From: a virus
Taxonomy: Duplodnaviria > Caudoviricetes
IMG/VR virus record: IMGVR_UViG_3300028374_000002
Span: 64,001-128,000 of that record
Direction: 5' to 3' (one strand)
DNA length: 64,000 nt
A program made the position numbers and the translations under genes. A model generated the notes under the pieces. It did no database searches, had not been told where the DNA came from, and saw only the letters and a list, made by a program, of their open reading frames with translations. Shown piece after piece: positions 40,161-50,390 of this stretch (position 1 is the stretch's first letter; every line of letters begins with the position of its first letter).

Positions 40161-41783
40161 ATGATATTAGATATTAAAAACACACATAGTGAAGATTTTA
40201 GATGTTCCTCAGATGTTTACCAAAGTTACTTACTTTCTAGACAATCATCTTTATTTATTACATGTATAGAAGATGTTGCATTAGATAGATTTTCTGATGA
40301 TATAGAATTAAATGACTATATAAAGACACAAGACGTTGTAGATAAAAGACATGGTATTCTAAGCACTCTAGGCGATGATAGATATAAATGGTCATTAATA
40401 AATAATATCTCGTATGAGAAAACATCAATAATAGAAAAGTTAGATAAAATATATAATATATTATCTTCTTATATTCATATTTCAGACCTAGAGAAAAGGA
40501 TAGATACAAAAGTAGTAACACCTTTAGATAAGCTAGGTATACCTATGATTGATATGGTAAGCAGATACAATAATTCATTTTGGGAAAATCCATATCATAA
40601 AATACTAGATCCATGTGGTGGTAGTGGTAGTCTGCTTATACTAGCTATAAAGAAATTTATGGAAGGTCTAAAAAATATTATTACAAACGAGAGAGATAGG
40701 TTTAAATGGATTATTGAAAACTGTATATATTTTGGGGATAAAGATTTAAAAACATGTTTTGTCTGGCTCTGTTGTGTTGATATAAAAAGTGAATATAGAC
40801 TAAATATTTATTGGGGAGATTTTATAGATGATAACTTCGAATACCATATGGAAGAAGTTTGGAGAATAAAAAGGTTTGATCTTATAATACAAGACCCACC
40901 GTTTAAAAAAGTAAACGAAAAGACAGACTCATTTAAAGATGTTTATCATAACTTTATAGAAAAAGCAACCACTATATCAAAACTATCTACTAGTACATCA
41001 CCTGGTAAGTGGCTTGGTAAAGTTGGTAGAAGTGATTTTAGAAATAGAATGATAAATAAGCTTGGTCTTAGAGAAATATACAAAGTAGATGATAACAAGG
41101 TATTTGAAGACTTTGATTTAAAAGGGGGTGCAATTATTTCTATGATTGATAGTGAAAGTAATCCAAAAGATGATGTGCTTGTAAATGGTGAGTATGTTGA
41201 TTTGTCTAAATATGATATAATACCAAATGATACTTCTAAGAATTCATTCTTAATAATAGAAAAAGTAATAAATAAAAAAAATATAACATATAGGTTAAAT
41301 TCTGAAATACATTTTGGAATAATAACTAATGATAAGAGGTTGTATCACGTAGGGCAGTACAAATGCCACGTTTCTAGGTATAAGGGTAATATTAAATATA
41401 TATCAGGTGTTGATGTTCGTTTAAAGAAGATTGGTAGATGGAAGTTACTTCTACCTGCAACTAGTAAAAAAGGAGGAATGGATCAAGAATTTTATAACCG
41501 AAGCGTGATAGCTAAACCAGGAGAAATTTGTAGTCAATCATTTACATTCTTTGATTTTGATACAGAAGAAGAATTATTGGTTTTTAAGAAATACTTAGAA
41601 TCAGATATATTCTCTTACTTAGTAAGACTTCGTAAAATAAAGCAACACATAAACTCAAAGGTTTTTATGTGGGTCCCAGATATAAATATTAAAGAAATAA
41701 TAAAAGATGGGAAAGAACTAGACAATAACTATTTTAGAGACTTACTTGACATACCAAGAGATATAGATTTAAGTTTAAAATAA
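40161..41783 (+). CDS. N6-adenine DNA methyltransferase (gamma class, Eco57I-like) with TRD
   Basis: ILDPCGGSGSLL (motif I), FDLIIQDPPF (motif IV), C-terminal TRD-like region. Confidence 0.85.
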   Translation: MILDIKNTHSEDFRCSSDVYQSYLLSRQSSLFITCIEDVALDRFSDDIELNDYIKTQDVVDKRHGILSTLGDDRYKWSLINNISYEKTSIIEKLDKIYNILSSYIHISDLEKRIDTKVVTPLDKLGIPMIDMVSRYNNSFWENPYHKILDPCGGSGSLLILAIKKFMEGLKNIITNERDRFKWIIENCIYFGDKDLKTCFVWLCCVDIKSEYRLNIYWGDFIDDNFEYHMEEVWRIKRFDLIIQDPPFKKVNEKTDSFKDVYHNFIEKATTISKLSTSTSPGKWLGKVGRSDFRNRMINKLGLREIYKVDDNKVFEDFDLKGGAIISMIDSESNPKDDVLVNGEYVDLSKYDIIPNDTSKNSFLIIEKVINKKNITYRLNSEIHFGIITNDKRLYHVGQYKCHVSRYKGNIKYISGVDVRLKKIGRWKLLLPATSKKGGMDQEFYNRSVIAKPGEICSQSFTFFDFDTEEELLVFKKYLESDIFSYLVRLRKIKQHINSKVFMWVPDINIKEIIKDGKELDNNYFRDLLDIPRDIDLSLK

Positions 41784-41840
41784 TAGATAAAATAATAAAC
41801 TAAATAATTTACATAACTATAAATATAAATAATAAAAAAT

Positions 41841-43502
41841 ATGTCATTTAAAAAAGACTTAACCAAATTTAAACCAAGGAAAGAGCAACGAGAAACTATG
41901 GAGTTTATAGATTCGGAGTATAAGTCTAATCCATTGAAGAAGTTTTTCCTATTAGATTTACCAGTTGGTACTGGTAAATCACACCTAACATTTATGATTA
42001 CTGACTGGTATAGGAAAAATGTAAATAAAGCAACTAGAGTAGATGTCATAACAAATACTAAAATATTACAAGATCAGTATTCAGACACTTACGAATCAAT
42101 AGCAAACTTAAAAGGAAAAGATAATTATGAGTGTGCCAGTTATGCTTGTTCATGTGCACAGGGATCTGAATTTAATAAACTTAACAAGACCAAGTGTGAA
42201 GAATGTCCTTATACATCTGCAAGAGAAAACTTTATAAATGGTGGCATATCTTTAAGTAATTTTTACCTTTATATTCTTTATGCTATGAACAACACAAAAG
42301 TAATGGAAAGGAGAAATTCTAAAGTTTTGATTGTTGACGAAAGCCATCAGTTTGACGATGTGATGTCTAGTTTTATCTCTGTAAAAGTGACACATGCTAT
42401 GATCAAGCGATATAAGTTTTCACGACAAAAAGAGCTATTAAGAGAACTAGAATATGTTAAAGGTATTGAAAAATATGTTGATTTTCTACAATACCTAAGT
42501 AATGAAATAGTAGATACTATTGAGGGAATGGAAATGAACTTATCATCTGTTAAAAGAGACCAGAAAAAAGAAAAAAGAAATCTTAGACTAGATAAAGTTC
42601 TTAACAGTAATAAAAACCCAGATGTTAAATTAATGAACTTAATAACAGATCTTAAACAATTGGCTATAAAGATAGAACTTTTTTTAAAAGAATATAAAAT
42701 AAATCCTGATAACTGGGTACTTGAAGCAATTTTTAATGAGAAGACTAAAAAGAGAGAATTATCATTAGAGCCTGTCTGGGCTTACGATTACCTTGATAAA
42801 TATATATTTAGTCAATATGATATGGTGTTTTTGATGTCAGGGACAATTTTAAATAAAGAACTGTTTTGCAACCTAAATGGATTGGATGTTAAAAGAGCTA
42901 CATACTATAATATACCTTCACCATTCAATGTTAAATCAAGGCCAATATTTTATATGCCACTTGGTAAAATGTCATTTAAAAATAAAGAACAAACTTTTAA
43001 AAATTACATACCTTATATTAAAAAAATACTTAATAAATATAAAGGTAAGAAAGGAATAATACATACAAATTCTTTTGAATTACAAAGATGGATACAAGAA
43101 AGTATTGAAAATCCAAGACTTATATTCCATGACTCGTCAAATAAGGATGAAATGCTTAAAATGCACAAAGAATCAAAAGAACCAACTGTATTAGTTTCAC
43201 CATCTGTTGGTACTGGTGTTTCGTTTGATAATGATGATGCTAGGTTTCAGATAATTGCTAAAATACCATACCCATCATTGGCATCTAAAAAGAATAAACT
43301 AAGACAAAAGCAAAACTCTGATTGGTATTCATGGATGACATCAGCACTTCTACAACAAGCTTGTGGTAGAATAGTTAGGTCTAAGTTAGATTATGGAGAT
43401 ACTATAATAATAGATTCCTCTTTTGGAGACGTGATTAGATATTCTAGCAAATTCTTACCACATTGGTTTCAAAATGCGATAAAAACAATAAATGTTAAAT
43501 AA
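41841..43502 (+). CDS. dinG: DinG/XPD-family helicase
   Basis: LPVGTGKS, Cys cluster (CASYACSC...CEECP), DESHQ, MSGT, GTGVSF, QQACGRIVRS. Confidence 0.85.
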   Translation: MSFKKDLTKFKPRKEQRETMEFIDSEYKSNPLKKFFLLDLPVGTGKSHLTFMITDWYRKNVNKATRVDVITNTKILQDQYSDTYESIANLKGKDNYECASYACSCAQGSEFNKLNKTKCEECPYTSARENFINGGISLSNFYLYILYAMNNTKVMERRNSKVLIVDESHQFDDVMSSFISVKVTHAMIKRYKFSRQKELLRELEYVKGIEKYVDFLQYLSNEIVDTIEGMEMNLSSVKRDQKKEKRNLRLDKVLNSNKNPDVKLMNLITDLKQLAIKIELFLKEYKINPDNWVLEAIFNEKTKKRELSLEPVWAYDYLDKYIFSQYDMVFLMSGTILNKELFCNLNGLDVKRATYYNIPSPFNVKSRPIFYMPLGKMSFKNKEQTFKNYIPYIKKILNKYKGKKGIIHTNSFELQRWIQESIENPRLIFHDSSNKDEMLKMHKESKEPTVLVSPSVGTGVSFDNDDARFQIIAKIPYPSLASKKNKLRQKQNSDWYSWMTSALLQQACGRIVRSKLDYGDTIIIDSSFGDVIRYSSKFLPHWFQNAIKTINVK

Positions 43503-43526
43503 AAAATGCCCTTAGAGGGCATTTTT
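43501..43526. terminator. Bidirectional terminator between convergent genes
   Basis: AAAAAATGCCCT-ta-GAGGGCATTTTTT-type hairpin with A/T tracts on both sides. Confidence 0.8.
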
Positions 43527-43906
43527 TATTTTTTATCTTTTTTATTTTTCTTAGCTTTCTTGATTATAGAATCTTTCAAATGTATTGGTAATTTTTTTTG
43601 TTTAGCAGTTAAATACTCATCTTCATCTTTTTTAATGATTTCTGCCTTTAATTTCTTGGGTAACTTCTTTTGTTTATCTGTTAAAGATTCAACTACTTTA
43701 TCACTTAACTTCTTTTTAATTTCTTCTCTTTTCTCGTCATTTAAATCTTCCTCACCTTCATCTGAGTACTGATCATCCATAAGTTCATCCTCTAGTTCTG
43801 ATTCTTCACCCTCTTCGTTATTTTCACTATCTTCCATCCATTCGTTTTCATCTTCTTCTGAAAATCTTCCAAGGTCAAAACTTTCAAATGTTTTTAGGTG
43901 CTTCAT
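43526..43906 (-). CDS. Acidic/basic bipartite hypothetical protein (MKHLKTFESF N-terminus)
   Basis: Acidic N-half, two LTxKQKKLP repeats; reverse TAATATATA at 43935. Confidence 0.7.
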   Translation of the reverse strand: MKHLKTFESFDLGRFSEEDENEWMEDSENNEEGEESELEDELMDDQYSDEGEEDLNDEKREEIKKKLSDKVVESLTDKQKKLPKKLKAEIIKKDEDEYLTAKQKKLPIHLKDSIIKKAKKNKKDKK

Positions 43907-44021
43907 TGCTTTTTATCTATTTTTTTATATAACATATATATTAATGTCTAATAACCATTTTTGTCATTTTGTACTAATATAGTAAAATATTTTAAAGGTT
44001 AATATAGTTAATATATAGTAT

Positions 44022-44810
44022 ATGAATAAAATAAAGAAATTTAACGAATATTCAAACATTGCCTCGATGGTCGATTGCTTTATGCATTCATTATACCAAA
44101 TATCAGAAAAAAATTCTATAAGTGATGACATATACAATAAACACAAAGATAGTATAATATCTAAATTTAATATAGAATTAAAAGATTTGGGGATGTTTTC
44201 TGATAAAGTATCTATGTTTATGCCCATAATAAATGAACTACTATCTAACTGTGATAGAATAGAATTAGAAGAAGAAGTGTCTGTTATAGCATCAATTTGT
44301 ACTTTTTATGTTATTTGCTTAGAATATGAGACATATCCAAATAAAGATGAGAATATACTGACAACTACTTCAAAAACACTATTGGAGGAATTGAAATTAA
44401 GAGGCGTTGGAAATGGTGTCATTAAAAAAATAATTAAGTCATTATATAGCATAAAGGACTTATTCTCATTTGTGTATAAAGATACTGATACTGATATAGA
44501 TGAATTCTCTGATTTACTTAAAATAAAAGGATTATCAAATCTACTCAAAGCAACACTTAGTGTTATTAGCTCAAATAAATTTGATTATAACAACTGTCCA
44601 AAAGAACTTCTAAGCATAATAGGGGGTATTGAGTCTAGTGTGTCAAGGGAAGATATGAATAAATTATTAAAGTCTATAGACTCCGATGATGTGAATAAAG
44701 AACAAATAATAAAAAACACTAAACCAAAGAAAATAAATAAGTTTGATGTAGATTCTCCAAATGGTATAGGCACTGAATATAATGATTCAGAAATGATTAA
44801 AGAGCAGTAG
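44022..44810 (+). CDS. Hypothetical protein (MNKIKKFNEY N-terminus)
   Basis: TAATATATA at 44009. Confidence 0.7.
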   Translation: MNKIKKFNEYSNIASMVDCFMHSLYQISEKNSISDDIYNKHKDSIISKFNIELKDLGMFSDKVSMFMPIINELLSNCDRIELEEEVSVIASICTFYVICLEYETYPNKDENILTTTSKTLLEELKLRGVGNGVIKKIIKSLYSIKDLFSFVYKDTDTDIDEFSDLLKIKGLSNLLKATLSVISSNKFDYNNCPKELLSIIGGIESSVSREDMNKLLKSIDSDDVNKEQIIKNTKPKKINKFDVDSPNGIGTEYNDSEMIKEQ

Positions 44811-44854
44811 TACTAAACAAACGGCTTTCCTAAAACTATAAAGGGGAAAGTACA

Positions 44855-45157
44855 ATGATGAAAAATATAAATTTATTATTTCCAACTATCTTAAAAGTTG
44901 CTGTTAAAACAGTTAGCACGGATTTTGCTACTATTGATGATGAAGAATTAGACAAAATTAGAAATATTGTAAAGACAGAAAACAGAATATCTAAAATAAA
45001 ATCAATACTAGAGGATAGCCAGTATGTAGAAAAACAAATAGAGGATAATAGTTCATACAAAGAACTTATGAAATCGGGTATATTACCGATTTCAACACAC
45101 CCTTCTGGAAGCATATTCTACCTTGATTACATGTATGATAATACAAATAAATCTTAA
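44855..45157 (+). CDS. Hypothetical protein
   Basis: 100-aa ORF. Confidence 0.55.
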   Translation: MMKNINLLFPTILKVAVKTVSTDFATIDDEELDKIRNIVKTENRISKIKSILEDSQYVEKQIEDNSSYKELMKSGILPISTHPSGSIFYLDYMYDNTNKS

Positions 45158-45216
45158 AAACACAAAGATAGGTAAACTTAAATATCTTATCACGTATAAT
45201 ATTAAAATAGAAATAT

Positions 45217-45945
45217 ATGACACCACAATTAGAAAAAGTATTCTTCAGCTATATTCTTTCAAATAGAAAAAAATACTATGAAATAGTTAAACCATTTTTC
45301 TTTAAAAATTCAACAATTCAGTTTGTATATGAGGTTATGAGAAATTACATGCTTACATCCACTGAAACAAAGCCCCCTAGTAATAGGCAAATACTAGATA
45401 TGGTATCATTAGAAGATAAAGAAGGTATCATAACAAAGCCTATGCTCAAATCTATATTAGATGTTAACCTAAGTGAATACAATGAAGTTAATTTTATACT
45501 TCCAAAGTTTAATGGATGGGTGCTGTCTAATAGAATCAAAACTGGAACAGTTGATGTCATAGAGGAAACTAGAAATTTGGATAACATATCAGACTTTGCA
45601 CATGCTGTTGAATCTGCTAATAAAATAAAAAGTATTATCAATGAGATGTCATCTGTAAATTTTGTACAAGATGAAGATATGGGATCTGATTTTGATGAAC
45701 CAGAAAACCATGTTCAAGATTCCTCAAGGTTTAAAGTAAAATGTGGATTCGAAACAATAGACCATATGCTAGGTGGTGGTTGGGATATCTCAACTTTGAA
45801 CGTAATTATGGCTCAAACTAATGGTGGTAAATGTTTTTCTACTAAAACACTTGTAAACACTAGAGTCAAGGACACTAATATTATTAAAGAGATAGAAATC
45901 GGAGAACTATTTAATGATATTAGTAATCAAAATAGTAATAGCTAA
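45217..45945 (+). CDS. dnaB: Replicative helicase gp41/DnaB N-fragment fused to a short split-intein N-half
   Basis: KCGFETIDHMLGGG...LNVIMAQTNGGK ends at the Walker A Lys, then CFSTKTLV... (37 aa) and stop. Confidence 0.85.
   Translation: MTPQLEKVFFSYILSNRKKYYEIVKPFFFKNSTIQFVYEVMRNYMLTSTETKPPSNRQILDMVSLEDKEGIITKPMLKSILDVNLSEYNEVNFILPKFNGWVLSNRIKTGTVDVIEETRNLDNISDFAHAVESANKIKSIINEMSSVNFVQDEDMGSDFDEPENHVQDSSRFKVKCGFETIDHMLGGGWDISTLNVIMAQTNGGKCFSTKTLVNTRVKDTNIIKEIEIGELFNDISNQNSNS
45832..45942 (+). mobile_element. Split intein N-half (37 aa, atypically short) of the helicase
   Basis: Block A CFSTKTLVNTR and the IEIGELF strand, then stop. Confidence 0.85.
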
Positions 45946-46023
45946 ATTGTGTAAAATAAAGAGAGGTATCTAAACTTAACAAATTTTACAAGTATAATAA
46001 TCACACATAAATATAAAATATTA

Positions 46024-47184
46024 ATGAATAGTAATTTTAAAATAATAGAAGCCGATTCTCTCTTAGAAGGTGAGTACGACAAACCATTATATGATAAGTT
46101 CGTAGAAGCTTATGGGGTTAATAATTTAGAAGTTGAAACACCACAAGGGTGGATTGATATTGAAGGAATTGGAAAAACTATTAAATATGAAGAATATAAA
46201 CTAATCCTTGCTAATGGGTGTGAATTGATATGTGCAGATGACCATATACTATACAGATGTGATAATCTGAACTTTATTAGTAGGAAGTGTGACATAACAG
46301 AACTATTTTGTAAGAACTTAGAATTAGGTGATTTTATAATGACCAAAGAAGGCCCTGAGATGATAATGGATTTTGATAAGACTGGAAAAGAATCACATAT
46401 GTATGACTTACAACTTGGTGTAGGTTCTGATAAAAAATACTACACTAATGGTATATTAAGTCACAACTCACTTTGGATGCAGAACTTTGCAGTAAAGAGT
46501 GCCAATAGTGGACATAACGTACTATACATTACACTAGAGATGAGTGAAAGAAAAGTTATGAAGAGGTTGGGTTCTATGCGTTTGAAAATACCTATAAATG
46601 ATTATGATACAATATCAAAAGATACTGAACTCATAAGAAGGAAGATAAAGGGATTATCTAGTATATCAGAAAATGATTTATTTGATAAGAAGGTAGGTAA
46701 GATAATGACTAAGTTTTGGGCAGCTGGTACTGCAAATATTGATGACTTTGATTATTATATCCAAAAGTTAAAAGATAAGAGAGATATAAAAATAGATATG
46801 ATTATAGTAGATTATATAACACTCATAGCACCATTAAAAGCACCAGGTGTTGATAGTCTCTATACTAAGGGTAAACAACTTGCTGAAGGTTTGAGGGCAT
46901 TAGGGGCTAAATATTCATGCCCAGTTGTAACTGGTGTACAAGTAGCTAAAGATGCTTGGAATTCATCTGATATAACACTAGAAAGTGTACCAGAATCTAA
47001 GGCTATCGCAGAAACTGCCGACACATTTTTTGCAATAATAAGAACGGAAGAAATGAAAAGGCAAAACCTATTCAGATTTAAACTTCTTAAACAAAGAGAT
47101 GGAGATTTTCTTAAATCACAGGTTAGACTAACATTAAACACGACATATCTAACATTAGAGGGTGATATGTTTGTTGATCAATAA
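46024..47184 (+). CDS. dnaB: Split-intein C-half (148 aa) fused to gp41/DnaB C-fragment
   Basis: LICADDH (block B), MYDLQL...YYTNGILSHN|S (blocks F/G, ends 46467); extein SLWMQN, YITLEMSE, IIVDYITLI, VVTGVQ. Confidence 0.9.
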   Translation: MNSNFKIIEADSLLEGEYDKPLYDKFVEAYGVNNLEVETPQGWIDIEGIGKTIKYEEYKLILANGCELICADDHILYRCDNLNFISRKCDITELFCKNLELGDFIMTKEGPEMIMDFDKTGKESHMYDLQLGVGSDKKYYTNGILSHNSLWMQNFAVKSANSGHNVLYITLEMSERKVMKRLGSMRLKIPINDYDTISKDTELIRRKIKGLSSISENDLFDKKVGKIMTKFWAAGTANIDDFDYYIQKLKDKRDIKIDMIIVDYITLIAPLKAPGVDSLYTKGKQLAEGLRALGAKYSCPVVTGVQVAKDAWNSSDITLESVPESKAIAETADTFFAIIRTEEMKRQNLFRFKLLKQRDGDFLKSQVRLTLNTTYLTLEGDMFVDQ

Positions 47185-47203
47185 ATTAAAAAAAAGATAA
47201 AAA

Positions 47204-48094
47204 ATGACTAGAAAAATTAAAGAGATTAAGGGACAGAAAGAACAGTTAGAAAACCACGAATATGACTTTATTGACGATGACGACAGTCTAGAAATATCCA
47301 TAGAGATAAATGAAGATGATTTTAACATCTCTGACAATGATGAAAGTGTAGATTCTGATGATGTTGAGAATGACAAAAGTGTTGAAATATCTAAACATAA
47401 AAGTGAGGGTAAGCATTCTTTAAAATATGATTCCATTTTCAAGGGGAAAAAAGAAGAACCTGTAAGTGAAGATGGTCCAGATAATATCTCAACATCTGTT
47501 AAAGATAATATAGAAATAGACAAAACATCATCCTATTACAAGCAATCAGTGGACTATGAAGCTTATATTAGAGAAAAAAAAGTAAAGGAAAAAGTATATG
47601 ATGTTCTTAAAAATAAGACTAGTCTTAGCTTTACATCAAATAGAAGAAAGCCTTCACGTATAGACTTTAATAAGTACTATAGGCTTATTAAAAAAGAACT
47701 AAATGACGAGAATTTTACCAATGTAGAATTATTTAATGAACTATCTGTATACTTTTCTGATAATTTATTTAATATGTTTAAACTATTAGATAATAAGTGG
47801 CGTACATCAATTATTGATGAATTACAAGAGCATATTGGAAAGGGTTCAAACTCTAAAGATGTTACAAACAGAAATATATATGAAGGAACTGAAATAGAGT
47901 TTCTTGTAGTTGAAAATTCAATATCTAAATTAATAACTGGTGTTGTTCTAGAAACTAACTATGAAGATTCTATTTACAGAGTTGACTCTTATGAGAATAA
48001 ATATGATGTTGACTTAGAGGATATCACTAAGATTTTGAATAATACAAAGTACAAATATAATTTAAATAAATTAGATCATATAGATTTTTTATAG
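47204..48094 (+). CDS. Hypothetical protein, acidic N-terminus
   Basis: 296-aa ORF between the helicase and nrdA. Confidence 0.7.
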   Translation: MTRKIKEIKGQKEQLENHEYDFIDDDDSLEISIEINEDDFNISDNDESVDSDDVENDKSVEISKHKSEGKHSLKYDSIFKGKKEEPVSEDGPDNISTSVKDNIEIDKTSSYYKQSVDYEAYIREKKVKEKVYDVLKNKTSLSFTSNRRKPSRIDFNKYYRLIKKELNDENFTNVELFNELSVYFSDNLFNMFKLLDNKWRTSIIDELQEHIGKGSNSKDVTNRNIYEGTEIEFLVVENSISKLITGVVLETNYEDSIYRVDSYENKYDVDLEDITKILNNTKYKYNLNKLDHIDFL

Positions 48095-48203
48095 TCTAAA
48101 TTATTAGTAATAAAAACTAGTTTAATTTTAAACATTATATGTTTGGGGAATATAAAATATTGATATATAAAATACATTAATAACAAAAAATAAATAATAA
48201 AGT

Positions 48204-49400
48204 ATGATAAAGGTAGTAAAAAGAAATGGTAAGAAAGAACCAGTAATGCTAGATAAAATTCTAGATAGAATAGAGCAACAAACTTATGGATTAGATAGAA
48301 AATGGGTAAGTCCATTTGATGTTGCACAAAAAGTAATTGGTGGTGTTGCACCAGATATAAAGACCTCAGTCCTAGATAAACTAGCAACCGAGACAGCTGC
48401 CGCATTAGCTACTAAGCACCCAGATTATTCAATATTAGCATCAAGATTAGCTATAACTGCATTGCATAAAGATACGAAAAAATCATTTTCTGAAACGGTT
48501 AAAGATTTATACAAATATATAAATCCAAAGACAAATGAGAAATCACCAATTGTGTCTAAAAGTTTCTATGAGATTGTTAAGAAAAATGCAGATAAGCTAG
48601 ACTCTGCTATAATACATACTAGAGACCATCATTTTGATTTCTTTGGTTTCAAAACATTAGAGAAGTCTTATTTGTTAAAAATAAATGGTGAAGTTGCAGA
48701 ACGTCCTCAATATATGTATATGAGAACTGCCATACAAATATGGCAAGATAATATTGATAAAGTTATTGAGACATATAATACGATGTCTGAGGGGTATTAC
48801 ACACACGCTACACCAACTTTATTCAATTCTGGTACTAGGAGACCACAATTATCTTCTTGCTTCTTATTAGACACGGAAGATGATTCTATTGAAGGGATAT
48901 TTAACACTCTTAAAGAATCTGCTCAAATATCTAAAAACGCAGGTGGGATAGGTATTAATTTCAATAATGTAAGAGCAAAGGGTAGTTATATAGCAGGTAC
49001 TAACGGTACTTCGAATGGTATAATTCCTTTCTTAAAGATTTATAATGAAACTGCTAGAGCAGTTGACCAGTGCTTTACACCAGAGAGTAAAGTAATAACA
49101 GAGAGAGGTGTTATAAACATAAATGAAGTAGAAAGGGGTGACAAAGTCTTGACTAGTGATGGTGTTTATAATTCTGTCATAAAGAGAAAAGATTTTAATA
49201 AATCAGATGACTTTATAACAATTACAACAAAGAGTGGTGTTAATAGAGTTACTAAAGGTCACCAAATATTAGTTATTAGAGGTTTGGATAAAGACATATC
49301 TAAAGAAGCCATTAAAGAAGGGATTAAGCAAGGTGTATATAATGTAGAATGGATTTCTGCTAATGAATTAATGAAAAGTGATAAAATAGTAAAATACTAA
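48204..49400 (+). CDS. nrdA: Ribonucleotide reductase alpha, fragment 1 (ATP cone...AVDQ) + IntN1
   Basis: VVKRNG ATP cone, HATPTLFNSG, QLSSCF, GGIG; then CFTPES... intein N-half (49071-49397, 109 aa) and stop. Confidence 0.95.
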   Translation: MIKVVKRNGKKEPVMLDKILDRIEQQTYGLDRKWVSPFDVAQKVIGGVAPDIKTSVLDKLATETAAALATKHPDYSILASRLAITALHKDTKKSFSETVKDLYKYINPKTNEKSPIVSKSFYEIVKKNADKLDSAIIHTRDHHFDFFGFKTLEKSYLLKINGEVAERPQYMYMRTAIQIWQDNIDKVIETYNTMSEGYYTHATPTLFNSGTRRPQLSSCFLLDTEDDSIEGIFNTLKESAQISKNAGGIGINFNNVRAKGSYIAGTNGTSNGIIPFLKIYNETARAVDQCFTPESKVITERGVININEVERGDKVLTSDGVYNSVIKRKDFNKSDDFITITTKSGVNRVTKGHQILVIRGLDKDISKEAIKEGIKQGVYNVEWISANELMKSDKIVKY

Positions 49401-49466
49401 TATTTGTAGTTTAATATATATAGTAACAATCCTCTAGGGTTTGTAAAAAATATATTAAACTATAGT

Positions 49467-50390
49467 ATGGTAAAGTGTAATACGGAAGAAACAATTAAAA
49501 AATTTAAAAAAAAGCATAGTAATAAATATAGTTATGAGTTAGTTAAATATAAATCAGCAATATCTAAGGTTAGTATAATATGTAGTAAGCATGGAATATT
49601 TGAGATAACGCCAAATAGTCATTTAAATGGTTCTGGTTGTAGTTTATGTGGTAGAGAAAGAACTGGTGAGAGCAAAAAGTCTGATACATCCTTGTTTGTA
49701 AAATCTGCTAATAGAGTACATTCTCATAAATATAATTATAATAGATGTACCTATATAACAAATTTAGACAATGTTACAATAACTTGTAAAAAACATGGCG
49801 ACTTTTACCAACAAGCTAGAAAGCATTTATCTGGACAAGGCTGTAAAAAATGTGCTAATGAAAGCCAATATTGTAATTTCGTAGAAAAATGTGAGAAAAA
49901 GTATAAAGACTATTTATATAGTAAAGTAAACTACAAAGGTATGTGTAGTGATGTTATAATAACTTGTAAAAAACATGGCGATTTCAGTATTAAAGCTGCC
50001 AATTTTTATCATAAAGGAAGAGGTTGTAAATTATGTAAAACATATAATAAGTCTATTAAAGAAGGCGAATGGTTAGATGATATGGGGATAGATAACATCA
50101 ATAGAAATGTGTATATTAATTTTGGTAAAAAGGTTTTCTGTGTAGATGGTATAGATAAGAAAAGAAAAATAATATACGAATTTTATGGTGACTTTTTCCA
50201 CGGAAATCCTGAAGTTTATAAAAAAACAGATATAAATCCACTTCTTAAAGAAGAATATGGAAAACTTTATAAAAAAACAAAAGATAAAGAAAACATTATT
50301 ATCTCAAATGGATATAAGATAATATATATTTGGGAAAATGATTATAATAAAAATAAAAATAAAAACGGAAAGTATGAAAGAAAACATTGA
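49467..50390 (+). mobile_element. Free-standing endonuclease (3 zinc-ribbon repeats + Vsr/DUF559-like nuclease) between IntN1 and IntC1
   Basis: Three CxxHG...CxxC repeats; VDG...IYEFYGDFFHG. Confidence 0.8.

Noticed and set aside
45946-46023. Readthrough, frameshift or intron joining the two helicase ORFs
   Set aside because: The gap has several stop codons, no group I core motifs and is too short; a separate ATG and complementary intein halves explain the locus.
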